64,000 nucleotides of DNA from Octopus vulgaris (Eukaryota): NCBI GenBank assembly GCA_951406725.2, contig OX597817.1, positions 3,038,001 to 3,102,000 of the forward strand, given 5' to 3'. A model generated the notes under the pieces. It was not told where the DNA came from, did not search any database, and worked only from the letters and a program-made list of their open reading frames with translations. The translations under genes were made by a program, and so were the position numbers. Position 1 is the first letter of the stretch; every line of letters starts with the position of its first letter. Positions 14,120 through 27,799 of the stretch are shown here, one piece after another.

Positions 14120-14522
14120 GGATCCTTTTGGTTTGAACGGCAGTTTTTTCTAGCGGTGTCATATGAAATTGTCACCCATATTTATGACCCTAGTATCGAT
14201 CTATTGCATTTCAATCTATGTTAGGGGTGGGGGAAGGTTATCTTTTTTTCTTCATAAATGTAAATAAACCCAATCTGTTTCTTAAACGAGGGACATAGTC
14301 ATACGGCACAGAATGTTTTCATTTCAATAGACGGTCATTTATTGGTTGAAATTGCCGAAATGCAAGAAATTAAAGACCAAATATCTTACAAACTATAGAA
14401 TTTTCTCAATAAAGCCAAGAGAAAAAATGTTTTATAAACACATTCTACCAGTATACGAAATTTAAAATTTTTTAGTTACCTAGAAATTATGTTAAAAACT
14501 GCCGTTCAAACCGAAAAGATCC
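14120..14522. mobile_element. MITE with about 28-bp TIRs and a 9-bp TSD
   Basis: TIRs ggatccttttggtttgaacggcagtttt / aaaactgccgttcaaaccgaaaagatcc; flanks ccatctagg / ccatgtagg (1 mismatch). Confidence 0.85.
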
Positions 14523-15666
14523 CCATGTAGGAATAGTTGACTAATTTCTCTCAACTCGCACCTAGTTGTCAGAAAATCAGAGAATTCTTTAGACAGATTC
14601 CTAAATAAACAAAAACATAGACGTTCACGACTGGAATTTCTTCCATCATAAATCAATGGGTCTAACCTGAATTTAACCAATAATACAAGCAACTTACTTT
14701 ATAAAACTGTATAAGGTAGCTCAAAGAAAAAAAAAGTTACCGGTGCTAATTTTTTTTATTTCCCGGTACATATGCACGCTACATGAGTAAAAGAGAAGGA
14801 GCATACGGAATGGGAGGTAGAAATCACGGAACTACCTCGAGACAGACACATTATTGATACCGGTAGAAACCTCCTTTTGATCCAATCAACGAACAGATTT
14901 TGTGTGTCAATGCAAGTTGAAGCTTCCACTGCTGCAGCTGCTGCAAATACTACTACTACTACTACTACTACTACTATTAAATAATAATAATAATAATAAT
15001 AATATTAATAATAATAATAATAAATATTAAAGGAAACTATGAGAAAAATGTTAATAATGAGGCGAAAAACAAAATAACCGAAAATATCTTTTCAAAAATA
15101 AACAATACAAAAATAAATCAAGCAAAAACAATAAGCTGCTGCTGCTGCTGCTGCTGCTACGGATGATGTTTTGCGCTGATAATAAAAGGAACACGAAATA
15201 TAAGGTGACATTAAGTGCAGTGAATGAAGAAGCTGAAGTGTCTGTCTACAGTTTACACTTCTGCTGTCATCTCGCTTGCTTGAAGCCCCAGTTATTTCTG
15301 TGCGCGCGCACTCACAGATTTATAAATAGAAGAAAAAAATTAAAACATGTAATGTTAAGGAATTGGGTGGGGTGGGGAGGATATGGTGGATGCTATCTGG
15401 AGAATATTGTTGTATTACTTCAAGGATGTATTTCCTTTCCCTCTGGTTTTGAGACAAGGATTGCTGTTGGTTTAGATGAAAGCTATCGTAATTTGCCCTA
15501 ATTGTAACTAAATAATAGTAACAATTATAATAATTTATTATTTAAAACATTAATGATTGAGATAATAATTATAGTAATTATGACGGTTGTACAAAACATG
15601 GAGCAAATAAACAATATAAAACAAGCAGAATATGGATTGATAGGCTAGCTTCCATAGGTGTGCATA

Positions 15667-15880
15667 AGGCGGCGAGCTGGCAGAAACGTTAGCACGCCGG
15701 GCGAAATGCGTAGCCGTATTTCGTCTGTCGTTACGTTCTGAGTTCAAATTCCGCCGAGGTCGACTTTTATTCTTTCGGGGTCGATAAATAAAGTACAAGT
15801 TTCGCACTGGGGTCGATGTAATCGACTTAATCCCTTTGTCTGTCCTTGTTTGTCCCCTCTATGTGGGCAGTAAAGAAATA
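15667..15880 (+). mobile_element. SINE family A monomer (tail type 1)
   Basis: Head/body/tail match other copies; TSD cataggtgtgcata at 15653-15666 and 15885-15898. Confidence 0.88.
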
Positions 15881-17615
15881 AACACATAGGTGTGCATATA
15901 TTGAGTACATAATTATTCATTTCCTAAATTTAAAAACAAAATTTGTTTTGAAACTCGATGTGGGTGTCGGGTCTCCTGAATGCATTTTAGAATAACTCGT
16001 AGGTTTCTGTTCACTTGTTTGTTTTTGTTTGTTTTTTTAACATCTTTCTCTTTTTTAGTCTGGTATTTCATTTAAACGGTTATATTGTTCATTGCTTGAA
16101 ATTAAAACAAAAAACAATATCGTTTAGTTTCCCTGTCGATTTAGTGTGAATGAAATAAAATTGATGGATAAATTTCCTTCACTTAAATCCGCAAAAGATC
16201 TCTGTTGTTAGTCGTAGTTTTTAACACCTTTTTGTCGTTAATGCTAAGTCTGAATAGTACATGCAATCTTCTCTTTGTAAATAAGGGATCGCATCGCAAA
16301 ATTTATACAGAAGGGAGTAATTATATGAAATTGGAACACAAGTAGGACTAAAAGGAACTATATTTTCACTGTTAGCATTTTTGGGAAGAGGCACTTTTAA
16401 GGGGGTTTTTTTTCGTGATGGTGATGCGTATCACACAGGGACTACTCCAGGCAACACCAGTTGTAGCTACATCACTAAATCATGAACACATAAATGTTAC
16501 TGTCTTTGAGAAATGTTCGAGGTGATCAATTGATTTCTAAAGGTCACAGATTTCTAAGGGACATGTGTGTATGTACGGTCCGTATATTACAAGCTATGAT
16601 AACTCCGGGTGGATAGAAGGCAGTGACTATCCTAACTGGATTTGAACTCAGCGTAAATGGAGGTAATAAAATAGCTCACCACCATTTTACATGACGTCCG
16701 TGTCTGCCACTCACCGCCTTTCACTGATAATCACAATACTATTATTATTATAAAATGAAGGTTCCTCTGTGTTTATTGTATAATTAACTTATAAGGGGAA
16801 TACTGTGTAATTGGTTTAAAGATACATTAAATTATAATCTTTCACATCATTTATTATTTTTTTTAAATTGTTAAAATATTTGAGAATTATTAGATAAAAA
16901 GGAAAATATTGAAATTTTGTAGTCAAAAATGAAAATTTCATGAGCAGAATATGATTAAAATAATTTTCATTTTTCTGCATCATTTGTATTCGAATTGCAG
17001 TTGCACAAGTTCGAAACGGGAAAGCGCCGAACTAATTACGTTACAGTATTTAAGCGCATTCCTCAACGATTCCGAGAAAGCCTGTGGTGGAGCGTATGCT
17101 TGTGTGTGTGTGTATGCATGAATATGCATGCGTTTGTATGTATTTGTAATTTATCTTGAGTAGCTCACTAGGATTGATTTAAAGTTATTCTCTTTTGTAA
17201 AATAATAATAATAATAATGATAATAATAATGATACTTTTCGATTATTACTTTAAGGAATTTGGCTCCCATGAAATATGTTGAAGCAAAATAAAATGTCAG
17301 GAAATTGTCATTTGCCAAAATGATGAATGGTATGTGATGTGTGTATATTTATGAGTCGTTAGTTTGCATGTTCCAGCAGACATATATATGTAGCGTGCTT
17401 CTGCGTGTGTGTGTGTGATTATCAAGGGTGCCAAGTGACGTGTTGTAGTCAGGGATTTCAACGATGTCATTTTAAATCGTTTAAAGTTTTGAGTCACTTT
17501 ACATATTTAATTTTATTTGATATCACTTGCTAATTATCTTATTCAATTTTAAAAAAATTCTGGCTGCCTTTGCCACACACACACACTATCCAAAATGTTC
17601 TCTCTTTTTCTCCAG

Positions 17616-17663
<48 letters not shown>

Positions 17664-18076
17664 TTTTAAAATTTAAATTTACTCTGTTCTACAACACTTT
17701 TAACTCTCTCATCCTTTCTCTTTCCTGTTCTCGTTGTTTTCCTGTCTTCTTTCTCAGCCTATCACTCTTTTTTTTGTCCCCTCCTCCGTGCTCTACCTTC
17801 GGAGGCCATCCTCGTCTATCACCAACCAACTTCCCTGATATTGTTAATTCAATAACTTCACAACAGCTGAGACTGGGGAAGAGTAACTCTATACAAAAAA
17901 TAAAAAGTACCAGCATACCGCAACTCCTTATTGACTAATTCAATTGCTGTGTAGGAAACTTTTATATACTTCTGTGTGTGTGTGTGCATAAGCGTTTGTG
18001 CGTGTGTATCTGTATGTATGTGAGGATATATCATATTATATATATACATATATACATATACATATATACATACATG

Positions 18077-18127
<51 letters not shown>

Positions 18128-18277
18128 CAATAAAAGCAATTAAGATTCAAGTCAATTCTAATGAATTCACTTGAATATGGTACTTAACTTAGATGCACCA
18201 GAAAACTATATGGTGTTAACCAATACAGTAGTGTGGGGTGTTTATAAACGAGAAAAGAAGCAACAAGAATGGATTAG

Positions 18278-18370
18278 TTTTTAGTACAATTGTTTCATAC
18301 AAAGACAGGCTTTATTAAAAGTTGCAAATATTGCAGCAGATAAAAGTGTCCCGTACTCATCAGCTAAAAC
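18278..18370 (-). ncRNA. Type I hammerhead ribozyme with intact catalytic core
   Basis: Minus strand: ttttag-CTGATGA-gtac(long stem II)gtat-GAAAC-aatt-GTA-ctaaaa; 6-bp stem I, canonical core, palindromic stem III loop, GUA cleavage triplet. Confidence 0.8.
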
Positions 18371-18666
18371 ACATATGAGTTCTCCAAACATCTTAGTGGG
18401 TGAGGCTACACTCATGAAGTATTGGAGATAATTTCATTAAAAGCAGATTCAGGTTGTAAACAGACTTCCAAAGTTCTTTAATGATGATGCACAGTCTTAT
18501 CACAGGTTTTTAAAAAGCTTATTAGTTTCACAGAGAAGTTTAATCCATCCATAGTGTAGGTGTAAATTTCCAGAGATATGAGGAGGCATTTCATACTCAC
18601 AGACGATGGATTTATCCATGGTTAATCCACAATGAGGTGGGTATAATTTCATGCTATATTATAAGG

Positions 18667-20208
<1,542 letters not shown>

Positions 20209-20834
20209 TTCGTCTTAGGATTTGTTTTGCAAGATTGTTTATATGAGGTTCGTGTGTTGAAGCATATTCTGTTGTGTCTGGGGAGAGTCATTTTATTTTT
20301 GTGCCTTATAATTTAATATTTCCGTTGTAGAGTATGAAATGGAATTTGCGGATTTTCTATTAATTCGAAAAAGTGTTATCAGGTGGATGTCCTCTTTTTC
20401 AGTTTTCAGGTAGCCGCTGTTTGATTTTTGTTTATGGGCTCATTGGCTGCAGTATAGCATCCTTTTCAAACGCAGAGTGTTATACCCCTTCCCCCCGCCA
20501 TACATACACTGAATACTGTCTTAAAGGTAGCACGTACTTTTACGTTTGTGTCGGTGTTGATGATAAAAATCAACATCAGCCATGATCGTAAAAGCGAAAT
20601 TACACGTGCTGTAAAAGTATATTTTGTAATTTAATATGAGTCGCGTAACATCTGATAAGTAAATGTTGTTTCTTTTATCTGTAAGAGAACAAATAAATCA
20701 GTTACTGATTTAGGATTTAGGAGTCGCAATAAGTCTACAACACAACTTTCAAAAAGACTTTCTTAAACCGAACATTTAGACTTTTAACATCTGATGTTGT
20801 GGGCGCCTCTGTGTGTGTACGTGTATATATCTTG

Positions 20835-20871
<37 letters not shown>

Positions 20872-20872
<1 letters not shown>

Positions 20873-21164
20873 TGTTGTGCCTGGGGAGAGTCGTTTTCTT
20901 TTTGTGCCTTATAATTTAACACACTCACCGGTAAAATTTCCCCTTATTTCTTATTTTTATTTTCCTAAAATTTTCGTTGCGTCTGGCAACCTTTTCAATA
21001 GTCTTGACTCTCAAGACTATTGAAAGTTTGCAGACTATTGAAAAGGTTGCCAGACGCAACGAAAATTAAAAAAAAATAAAAATAAGAAATAAGGGGAAAT
21101 TTTACCGGTGAGTGTGTTAAATTATAAGGTACAAAAAGAAAACGACTCTCCCCAGGCACAACAG
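20872..21164. mobile_element. Near-perfect palindromic element inserted in (TA)n
   Basis: Arms of about 130 bp ctgttgtgcctggggagagtcg... / ...cgactctccccaggcacaacag; single arms at about 3655-3782 and 20269-20316. Confidence 0.85.
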
Positions 21165-21190
21165 TATATATATGTATATATATATATATG

Positions 21191-21239
<49 letters not shown>

Positions 21240-21447
21240 CATCTCTCTCTATATAATGCCTCGGATTTTACCGAAAAAATGTTTGCTGATTTTAACCCAC
21301 GCTGGTGGAAAGGGGAGAACAGAAATTCTTCGTTTGCATATTTGAATTTGCTAACACTGTTAGTTTTGAACAGATCTTCAGAAGCGATAACAGGCCGAAA
21401 GGGTATGCTCCCGCTTTCAGTGTTTTCAAATCCAAACCAGGGAGTTC

Positions 21448-21500
21448 TGAGCTGATGATAGAAGTGTCGATTTTGACTAATCTTGAAACGTACGTTCTCA
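21448..21500 (+). ncRNA. Degenerate type I hammerhead ribozyme motif
   Basis: tgag-CTGATGA-(imperfect stem II)-GAAAC-gtac-GTT-ctca. Confidence 0.55.
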
Positions 21501-21682
21501 AATAACCTTTGCATTTGATTTTTTAATGTCTCTACCCTCATACTTTCGTGAGTTGAATTGAGCAAACACTATACGAGAGAGATTTTCTTTAAGTATTGGA
21601 GATAGTTTTAAAAAAGTTTTTTTAGCTGCTATTTCTAATGAGTTCAGTATGCGGCAAAGTAATTTATTTTACTAAGCCCTTT

Positions 21683-21727
<45 letters not shown>

Positions 21728-23347
21728 CATACACACGCGCGTATATATGTGTGTGTGTGTGCGCGCGTGTTCGTGCACTCGTGTCTGCGCTTATAACACT
21801 TTAGTGCATAGAAAAATAATGCACATCGTATACCACAGTATGTGTGGATTGTTGTATGATATTCTCTTTCGGGTTTAACTTATTTTAAAGCGCTTTTTTT
21901 TTTTTTTGCTGTTTAATTTTGATGTTTATTTTTCTACTGAAGGCAATTGTGTTATTCACCATTAGCACAATTTCATTCACAAGTTATATTTTATATGTAT
22001 CGTGGAAAATAATAAATACAGCAAAAAAGTGAATGCATTAATACATTTTTCGTTTTTCTTTGGTTTGCAAAATTCCTGATGTAATTGAAAAAGTCGCGCA
22101 TGACGGGGAAATGATTTTGGCAAGCACAGCTGATTGATTGATAAACTGAATGAATAACCAAACACTCGATTAGTTTGGTCATAATATAGCTAACCAGTGC
22201 GTGTGTTATTGACATAGTGACCCTCCCAAGATATAAACATATACAATACAACTCCCAAGAATAAAGTAGCATTTAAGCATATGTATCTACACGTAATCAT
22301 GAATATAAGTATAGATGTGTCTGCATATCCAGATGTAGATGCTGAATTTCTATTTAACTTAGCAGTAGATATTAGCTGAAGTGCTATGGTATGCAAAGAT
22401 TACAATTCGATTAAACTTAATCAATGTCCCCGTTCGACTTGCGTCAGTGTTTCCATAGAAACCCATTGCACCTGTCATGCCTGCAAGGCATTTGGCTAAA
22501 TTCAAAAGTGGTGCAGGTCATTCTTTACTACTGTTTAGAAATAATCAAAACACACACACGCTGTCTGTCTCTGTCTGTCTGTATGTATGTCTCTCTCTGT
22601 CTCTCCCTCTCTCTCCCTTTGTCTCTCTCTCTATCTCTCTCGAAATAACCGCTTTTATTTTCATATCTAAAATGAGAGAGTGTTATTAGCATTGGCTGAA
22701 TATTGGTTATTACACTAAGAGCTGTTGGCAGTGATATGCATAATATACATGCACGTCAGCGTTTGTAACTGTGCGCGTGCACACATGCAGATATAAATGC
22801 ATGTGTATTTCATACGTGTGGATATTTTGTTGCAGAAGTATTCTTATATTTTTCCCTAGTTTCACTCACTGGGCTGCTAGTATCCTGGAGTACTTCTTTC
22901 AAATATATTGGTGATATTACATCGGCTCTACTACTGATATCTTTTCTTATGACCTCCGCACCCCCAAATGTCTTGTGACCTCCGCACCCCCAAATGAAAG
23001 CAAATACGATACAGGCGAATGTATAGTCTGCTTAGATTATTATAGTGACGTAATGAAGTGCTACAGTATTTCTCTGGCTTTCTATATTGAAACTATGACG
23101 TGAGGGACAGATCTCCAATCTATATTCAAAAATAACCATCAAAATTTGACTAATCAGTGTATGATATGATTGAGCTGCCTTTAGCTGAAATTCATCTGAG
23201 TTACATTGCTAATTTACATTAGCGTCTTTTTGTTAGTTAGCCTCCGTGGTCAATAAGAATGTTAAAAAAGTGTCGAGTGAATAAGTTTATATTTAATTTG
23301 GTGTGCGATGGTGCCTTCGGGAAAGCTATATCAAATATAACACTTTA

Positions 23348-23578
23348 AGACGGCGAGCTGGCAGACACGGTAGCGCTCCGGGCGAAATGCTTAGTGGTAT
23401 TTCCTCTGCGTTACGTTCTGAGTTCAAATTCCGCCGAGGTCGACTTTGCCTTTCATCCTTTCGGGGTCGATAAACAAAGTACCAGTTTCGCACTGGGCTC
23501 GATGTAATCGACTTAATCCCTTTGTCTGTCCTTGTTTGTCCCCTTTATGTTTAGCCCCTTGTGGGCAATAAAGAAATA
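23348..23578 (+). mobile_element. SINE family A monomer (tail type 1)
   Basis: 21-bp TSD tatatcaaatataacacttta at 23327-23347 and 23579-23599. Confidence 0.9.
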
Positions 23579-24067
23579 TATATCAAATATAACACTTTAC
23601 CAGTGCAGAAATGACAACCCGGAACCATGTGGTTGGGAAGCAAGCATTTTATCACAAAGCCGCCCCCTATAATGTATTTGATTTCTAGCTTTTAAGTTTC
23701 TTTCAATTAATTCTATCTTTTTTATGAAGCTTAAATTCTTACTTTCTGTTCCTTGACTTCGTTTTTCCTGTCAGTAGTAGAAGTAGCAAAAGACTAATTT
23801 TTGAGAAATATTGGCTTCAAGTTTTGGCACAACGCCAGAAATTTCGAGGCCGATGAACAAGTCGATTACGCCGACGCCCTCTGCTCAACTGGTATTTATG
23901 AACTCAGATAGTAAAGACGGATGAAATTCCGCTAAGCATTTTGCACAGGCGTGTTAACGTTTCTGCCAGCTCATCGTTTTATTTCCGATAGATAATAAAT
24001 TCTCAAATTATATAGTATGTGTACTATAGTTCTAGATGATACGGCGAACTGGTTATATAGTAATATT

Positions 24068-24279
24068 TATTTCTTTATCGCCCTCAAGGGGCTGAACATA
24101 GAGGGGACAAACAAGGACAGACAAAGGAATTAAGTCGATTACATTGACTCCTACACGACCCCGAAAGGATGAAAGGCAAAGTCGACCGCGGCGAAATTTG
24201 AACTCAGCACGTAACGGCAGACGAAATACCGCTCAGCATTTTGTCCGGCGTGCTAACGTTTCTGCCAGCTCGCAGCCTT
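24068..24279 (-). mobile_element. SINE family A with internal deletion
   Basis: Reverse complement of family A; the aagtaccagttacgcac segment is missing. Confidence 0.8.
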
Positions 24280-25163
24280 CGGCAGACGAAATATCGCTAA
24301 GCATTTCGCCAGCTCACCGTTTTATTTCCGATAGATAATAAAATCTGAAATTATATTGCATGTGTTCTGGATGATACGGCGACCTGGTTACATAGTAATA
24401 CTGTGTGTGAGAATGTGTATGAAAATTGTCAGCCTTGAAACATTTTAACGTGGTTAAGTGTTTTGACTTTGGAAGATATTTTTGCTACTGATCCCCCTGG
24501 AAAGGAGCACCCTGCAGTATAGAAAACAAGATATTTGACGTCAGAATGTGTTGTTTAAGTGTCGGTTTACGTTGACAAGATAATATAAACACAATAAATG
24601 TGGAGGTCAACTAAAGCAGTAATGTCAAAGTGATGCTTGATAGTGAGATGGTCACTCCATTACTTACCAACCCACAATTACTGAGTAGAATTTATACACC
24701 ATTGCACTATCAGATGGCTGGCAAGCGGAGAGACAGAATCTAAGAGGAGGGAAGAGAGAAGGTGGAATAAGGTTGGGAATGTTTATTTTATCCATTACTC
24801 GCAGAATTAATTAAAACGAATGCCACGAATCCTCCTCGTTATATACTCGTACAGTATATGAACGCTGTCTGCGTCCTCATTCCCTTTTTATTAAAATTAT
24901 TACCCCTCCATACTCCTAACCCCTCACTCTCGAGCTTTTCACCACTCAACCTTGGCTAACCCTCGTCGCCTTTCTTCCTAGCATTAAAAAATTTCGCTTG
25001 ATTTTTTCTTTCTTTTTTATGTATTCATTTAAAGCAATGGTTTCCAAAATTTCGGTGTGTGACACTTTACTGACATATTTTGTCAGTTGTGTTGTTTTAA
25101 TTTAAACCTTGCGACACATCTAATCAACATCTACAACGTAGTGTGCTGTGAAACCCTGCCTAG

Positions 25164-25169
25164 ATGATG

Positions 25170-25204
<35 letters not shown>

Positions 25205-25708
25205 TTCTTTATTGGTCACAAGGGCCGGACACAAAACAAATAGCGATAATACAAAACTGGAAATACGTGGGGTTTAACACAAAAATCGAGTAAACAATAA
25301 AATGACAATTAATAATACAATTAAACAGTAAAAATTCCCCAAAAGAGGGAAATTCCTCACAGGAAAGACTGAGGAACTACGCGCATCCTGATTATCCCGA
25401 CAGCCAGGCACACCACAGTAGGCGCCTCTCTCCTTCTCAACTCCTTCAGTTTACAGACGAAAGTTCAGAGGAGGCCCATTCACACGGGCCATCCTCGTTA
25501 CATTCACCCACCTTTCAACAAAATTACTGGGGGAAATAAATTCCCTCTCTACCCTCACTTTCCTTTTCAAATGGAACTTGAAAAAGTCAATGAGGGCTTG
25601 GCTGAAGAGGAAAGTTTCTGTCTTCAGTCCTTTCAATCTTGTCCACTGCACTACCCCCTTCGCCAGACAGAGGAAAACTGCCTTTCGTTCCCGGCCAAAT
25701 GAAGCCGA
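25164..25708 (-). mobile_element. 5'-truncated L1/Tx1-like LINE (ORF2 C-terminus, 3' UTR, (TTA)n tail)
   Basis: Open frame ...AVFLCLAKGVVQWTRLKGLK...FHLKRKVRVERE...FVERW... ending at 25451, then about 250 bp UTR, aataaa and (TTA)n. Clade call from motif resemblance only. Confidence 0.65.
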
Positions 25709-25747
25709 ATACAGTAATCCCACGCCATATCGCGGTTCATCTATCGC

Positions 25748-26060
25748 GTAAAAAGCACCAACCGATTGTGACCTATACCAGTAGCCCTTGACTGACTCCT
25801 GTGCCAGTGACATGTAAAAAGCACCATTCGAACGTGATCATTGCCAGGCCCGCCTTACTGGCTCCTGTGCTGGTGGCACGTAAAAGCACCCACTGCACTC
25901 TCGGAGTGGTTGGCGTTAGGAAGGGCATCCAGCTGTAGAAATTCTGCCAGACAAGAATGGATTCTGGTGCAGCCGCTGGCTCTCCAGACCTCAGTCAAAC
26001 CGTCCAACCCATGCCAGAATGGAAAACGGACGTTAATCGGTGATGAGGAGGAGAAGGAGG
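25748..26060 (+). mobile_element. 3' part of a SINE-like repeat with internal tandem subrepeats
   Basis: gtaaaa(a)gcacc occurs three times about 66 bp apart, then ggcgttaggaagggcatccagctgtagaaa...ggaaaacggacgttaa and a simple-repeat tail. Confidence 0.55.
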
Positions 26061-26153
26061 AGGAATACATTAAGTTAAATACTTCATTGTAATTTTCCTT
26101 GACCTAGTATAGATGCGGCCACCCACCCACACACTTTCTTTCTCTGTCTTTCA

Positions 26154-26194
<41 letters not shown>

Positions 26195-26219
26195 CCGTCC
26201 AAACCACCACCACAATCAC

Positions 26220-26367
26220 CAGGCCGGTTCAAGGTACTGGCAATTCAGGCAGTCGCCCGGAGTGCCAAGGAAGGCTTGACAACGACAAGGAAATTTCCAA
26301 GACCGTCACGATGTATACGCCGAAGTTCAGCTTGCCCGGGGTGCCAGCAACCCTAGGGCCGGCCCTG
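26220..26367. mobile_element. hAT-like MITE
   Basis: Ends caggccgg... / ...gccggccctg; 8-bp TSD acaatcac / accatcac (1 mismatch). Confidence 0.6.
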
Positions 26368-27673
26368 ACCATCACGTCCAGTTTAGTTACTCATTCGTCT
26401 ACTTTTTCCAAAGGACATGTTTCCTTTATTTACTATTTTTTCACAGACATTTTTCACAGAGTTCATTATCCTAGCGTTTATAGTCTTAAATATCCGTAGT
26501 CTGTATACATGTGTGTGGGAGATGTGCCACCTATCTGAACAGATACACTATACTCGCTCAGAATAAACCTAATATTAATTATTAAATACATGAAACGTAA
26601 ATTTTAAAATCATTATAAAATGCCAATTTAATGCATGGAATTAAGCGTATATAATTCAGTAAATGGTTACTAATTTGGTGTTAGACACAATTTCCTGTGT
26701 TTTTCAAACCCAACGTTTATATGAAGCGCAAAACTATTAATCCTGTATTCAGCTGTTTAATGCATTAAATTTAATGGAAATAAAGACAAAAATAATTCTG
26801 CCTTTTCATTCAGTGTCTTTACAATGTGAGAAGCGTGTCTGTGTTACATTGCGAGTGTGGTTTTCACTCATGATTGAGCTAATATTTTCATTATAAATAC
26901 TAATATATATGTGTGTGTGTGTGTGTCTGTGTTATGCATATATGTGCTAGTATATGTACCCTATAATAGCGTCAGATGCTTCCTTGATGTGTAAAGGGAA
27001 GAATAACTCATTCAGCGTCAATTTGTTCCCGCAGATTGTATATGGATGGGTGCGTAAGATTTTCTTTCCAAAATAATTTTCGAGTATTGTTTTAATGATT
27101 TATATTTTCAATTTTACTATATTCATGCTGACTACCTCCCAAACTACCGGGGTATTTATACATGGCGAGCCTGCTGCATTTATTGAAGATGCATTAATCG
27201 TGTGTGTGTGTGTGTGTGTGTAAAAGAATATTTATTCCTTATGTACTCAGTCCAATCCTTTGTTCTTTACTGAGTTTACTTTCTCAGGAATTTTACCCAT
27301 GACACGTTACAGTCCTCATCGATTCCGTAAAATTAATGTGATCGATGTTCAATTTGAACTTCTATTAAATCGACGACTACGGGAGAAACCTCTGGAGTGC
27401 GGAAGTCTTCTAGAGTGCTGCAATTCTGTAGAGAAATATTTGGAGAAAAGCGTTTAGTGCGGGCTATGAAGGAGAGATAAGATGTTGTTGGAGTGGCGAG
27501 GAGGAACTTATATAGTGGTTTAAGCTGCAGGTAATAAATAACCAGATACTTCAGGGGAACAGGAACGAATGCACTTGCTGTATAACATCAGAGATGAAAC
27601 TTTGCTTCTGTGATCCAGAAAGTTGCTCTTTGTTGTTCAACTTGGGCAGAAAACTTAATTTGATACCAAGCAC

Positions 27674-27799
27674 CTCATCCATCACAGCTTTTTGGATCCA
27701 AGTGGAACCATTACGGCGGAGAATTACTGTCTGCAAATGAATGAAATGCATAAGAAACTCCGACAACAACAGCCAGCATTGGTCAATAGAAAAGGACCA
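27674..27799 (+). pseudogene. Mariner transposase fragment
   Basis: Translates LIHHSFLDPSGTITAENYCLQMNEMHKKLRQQQPALVNRKGP, close to the Hsmar1/SETMAR-type segment just before LHDNARPH, where it is truncated. Confidence 0.85.

Noticed and set aside
14814-14838. gaggtag...ctacctc hairpin resembling a let-7 seed
   Set aside because: Only a 7-bp stem; no pre-miRNA-length hairpin or full let-7 sequence.
14930-15330. TATA-like motif with (GCT)n, (TAC)n, (TAA)n tracts suggesting a promoter or 5' UTR
   Set aside because: Orientation ambiguous and TATAAA is common in AT-rich DNA; no linked coding exon.
22950-22996. 21-bp direct repeat tgacctccgcacccccaaatg x2
   Set aside because: Simple local duplication with no further structure.
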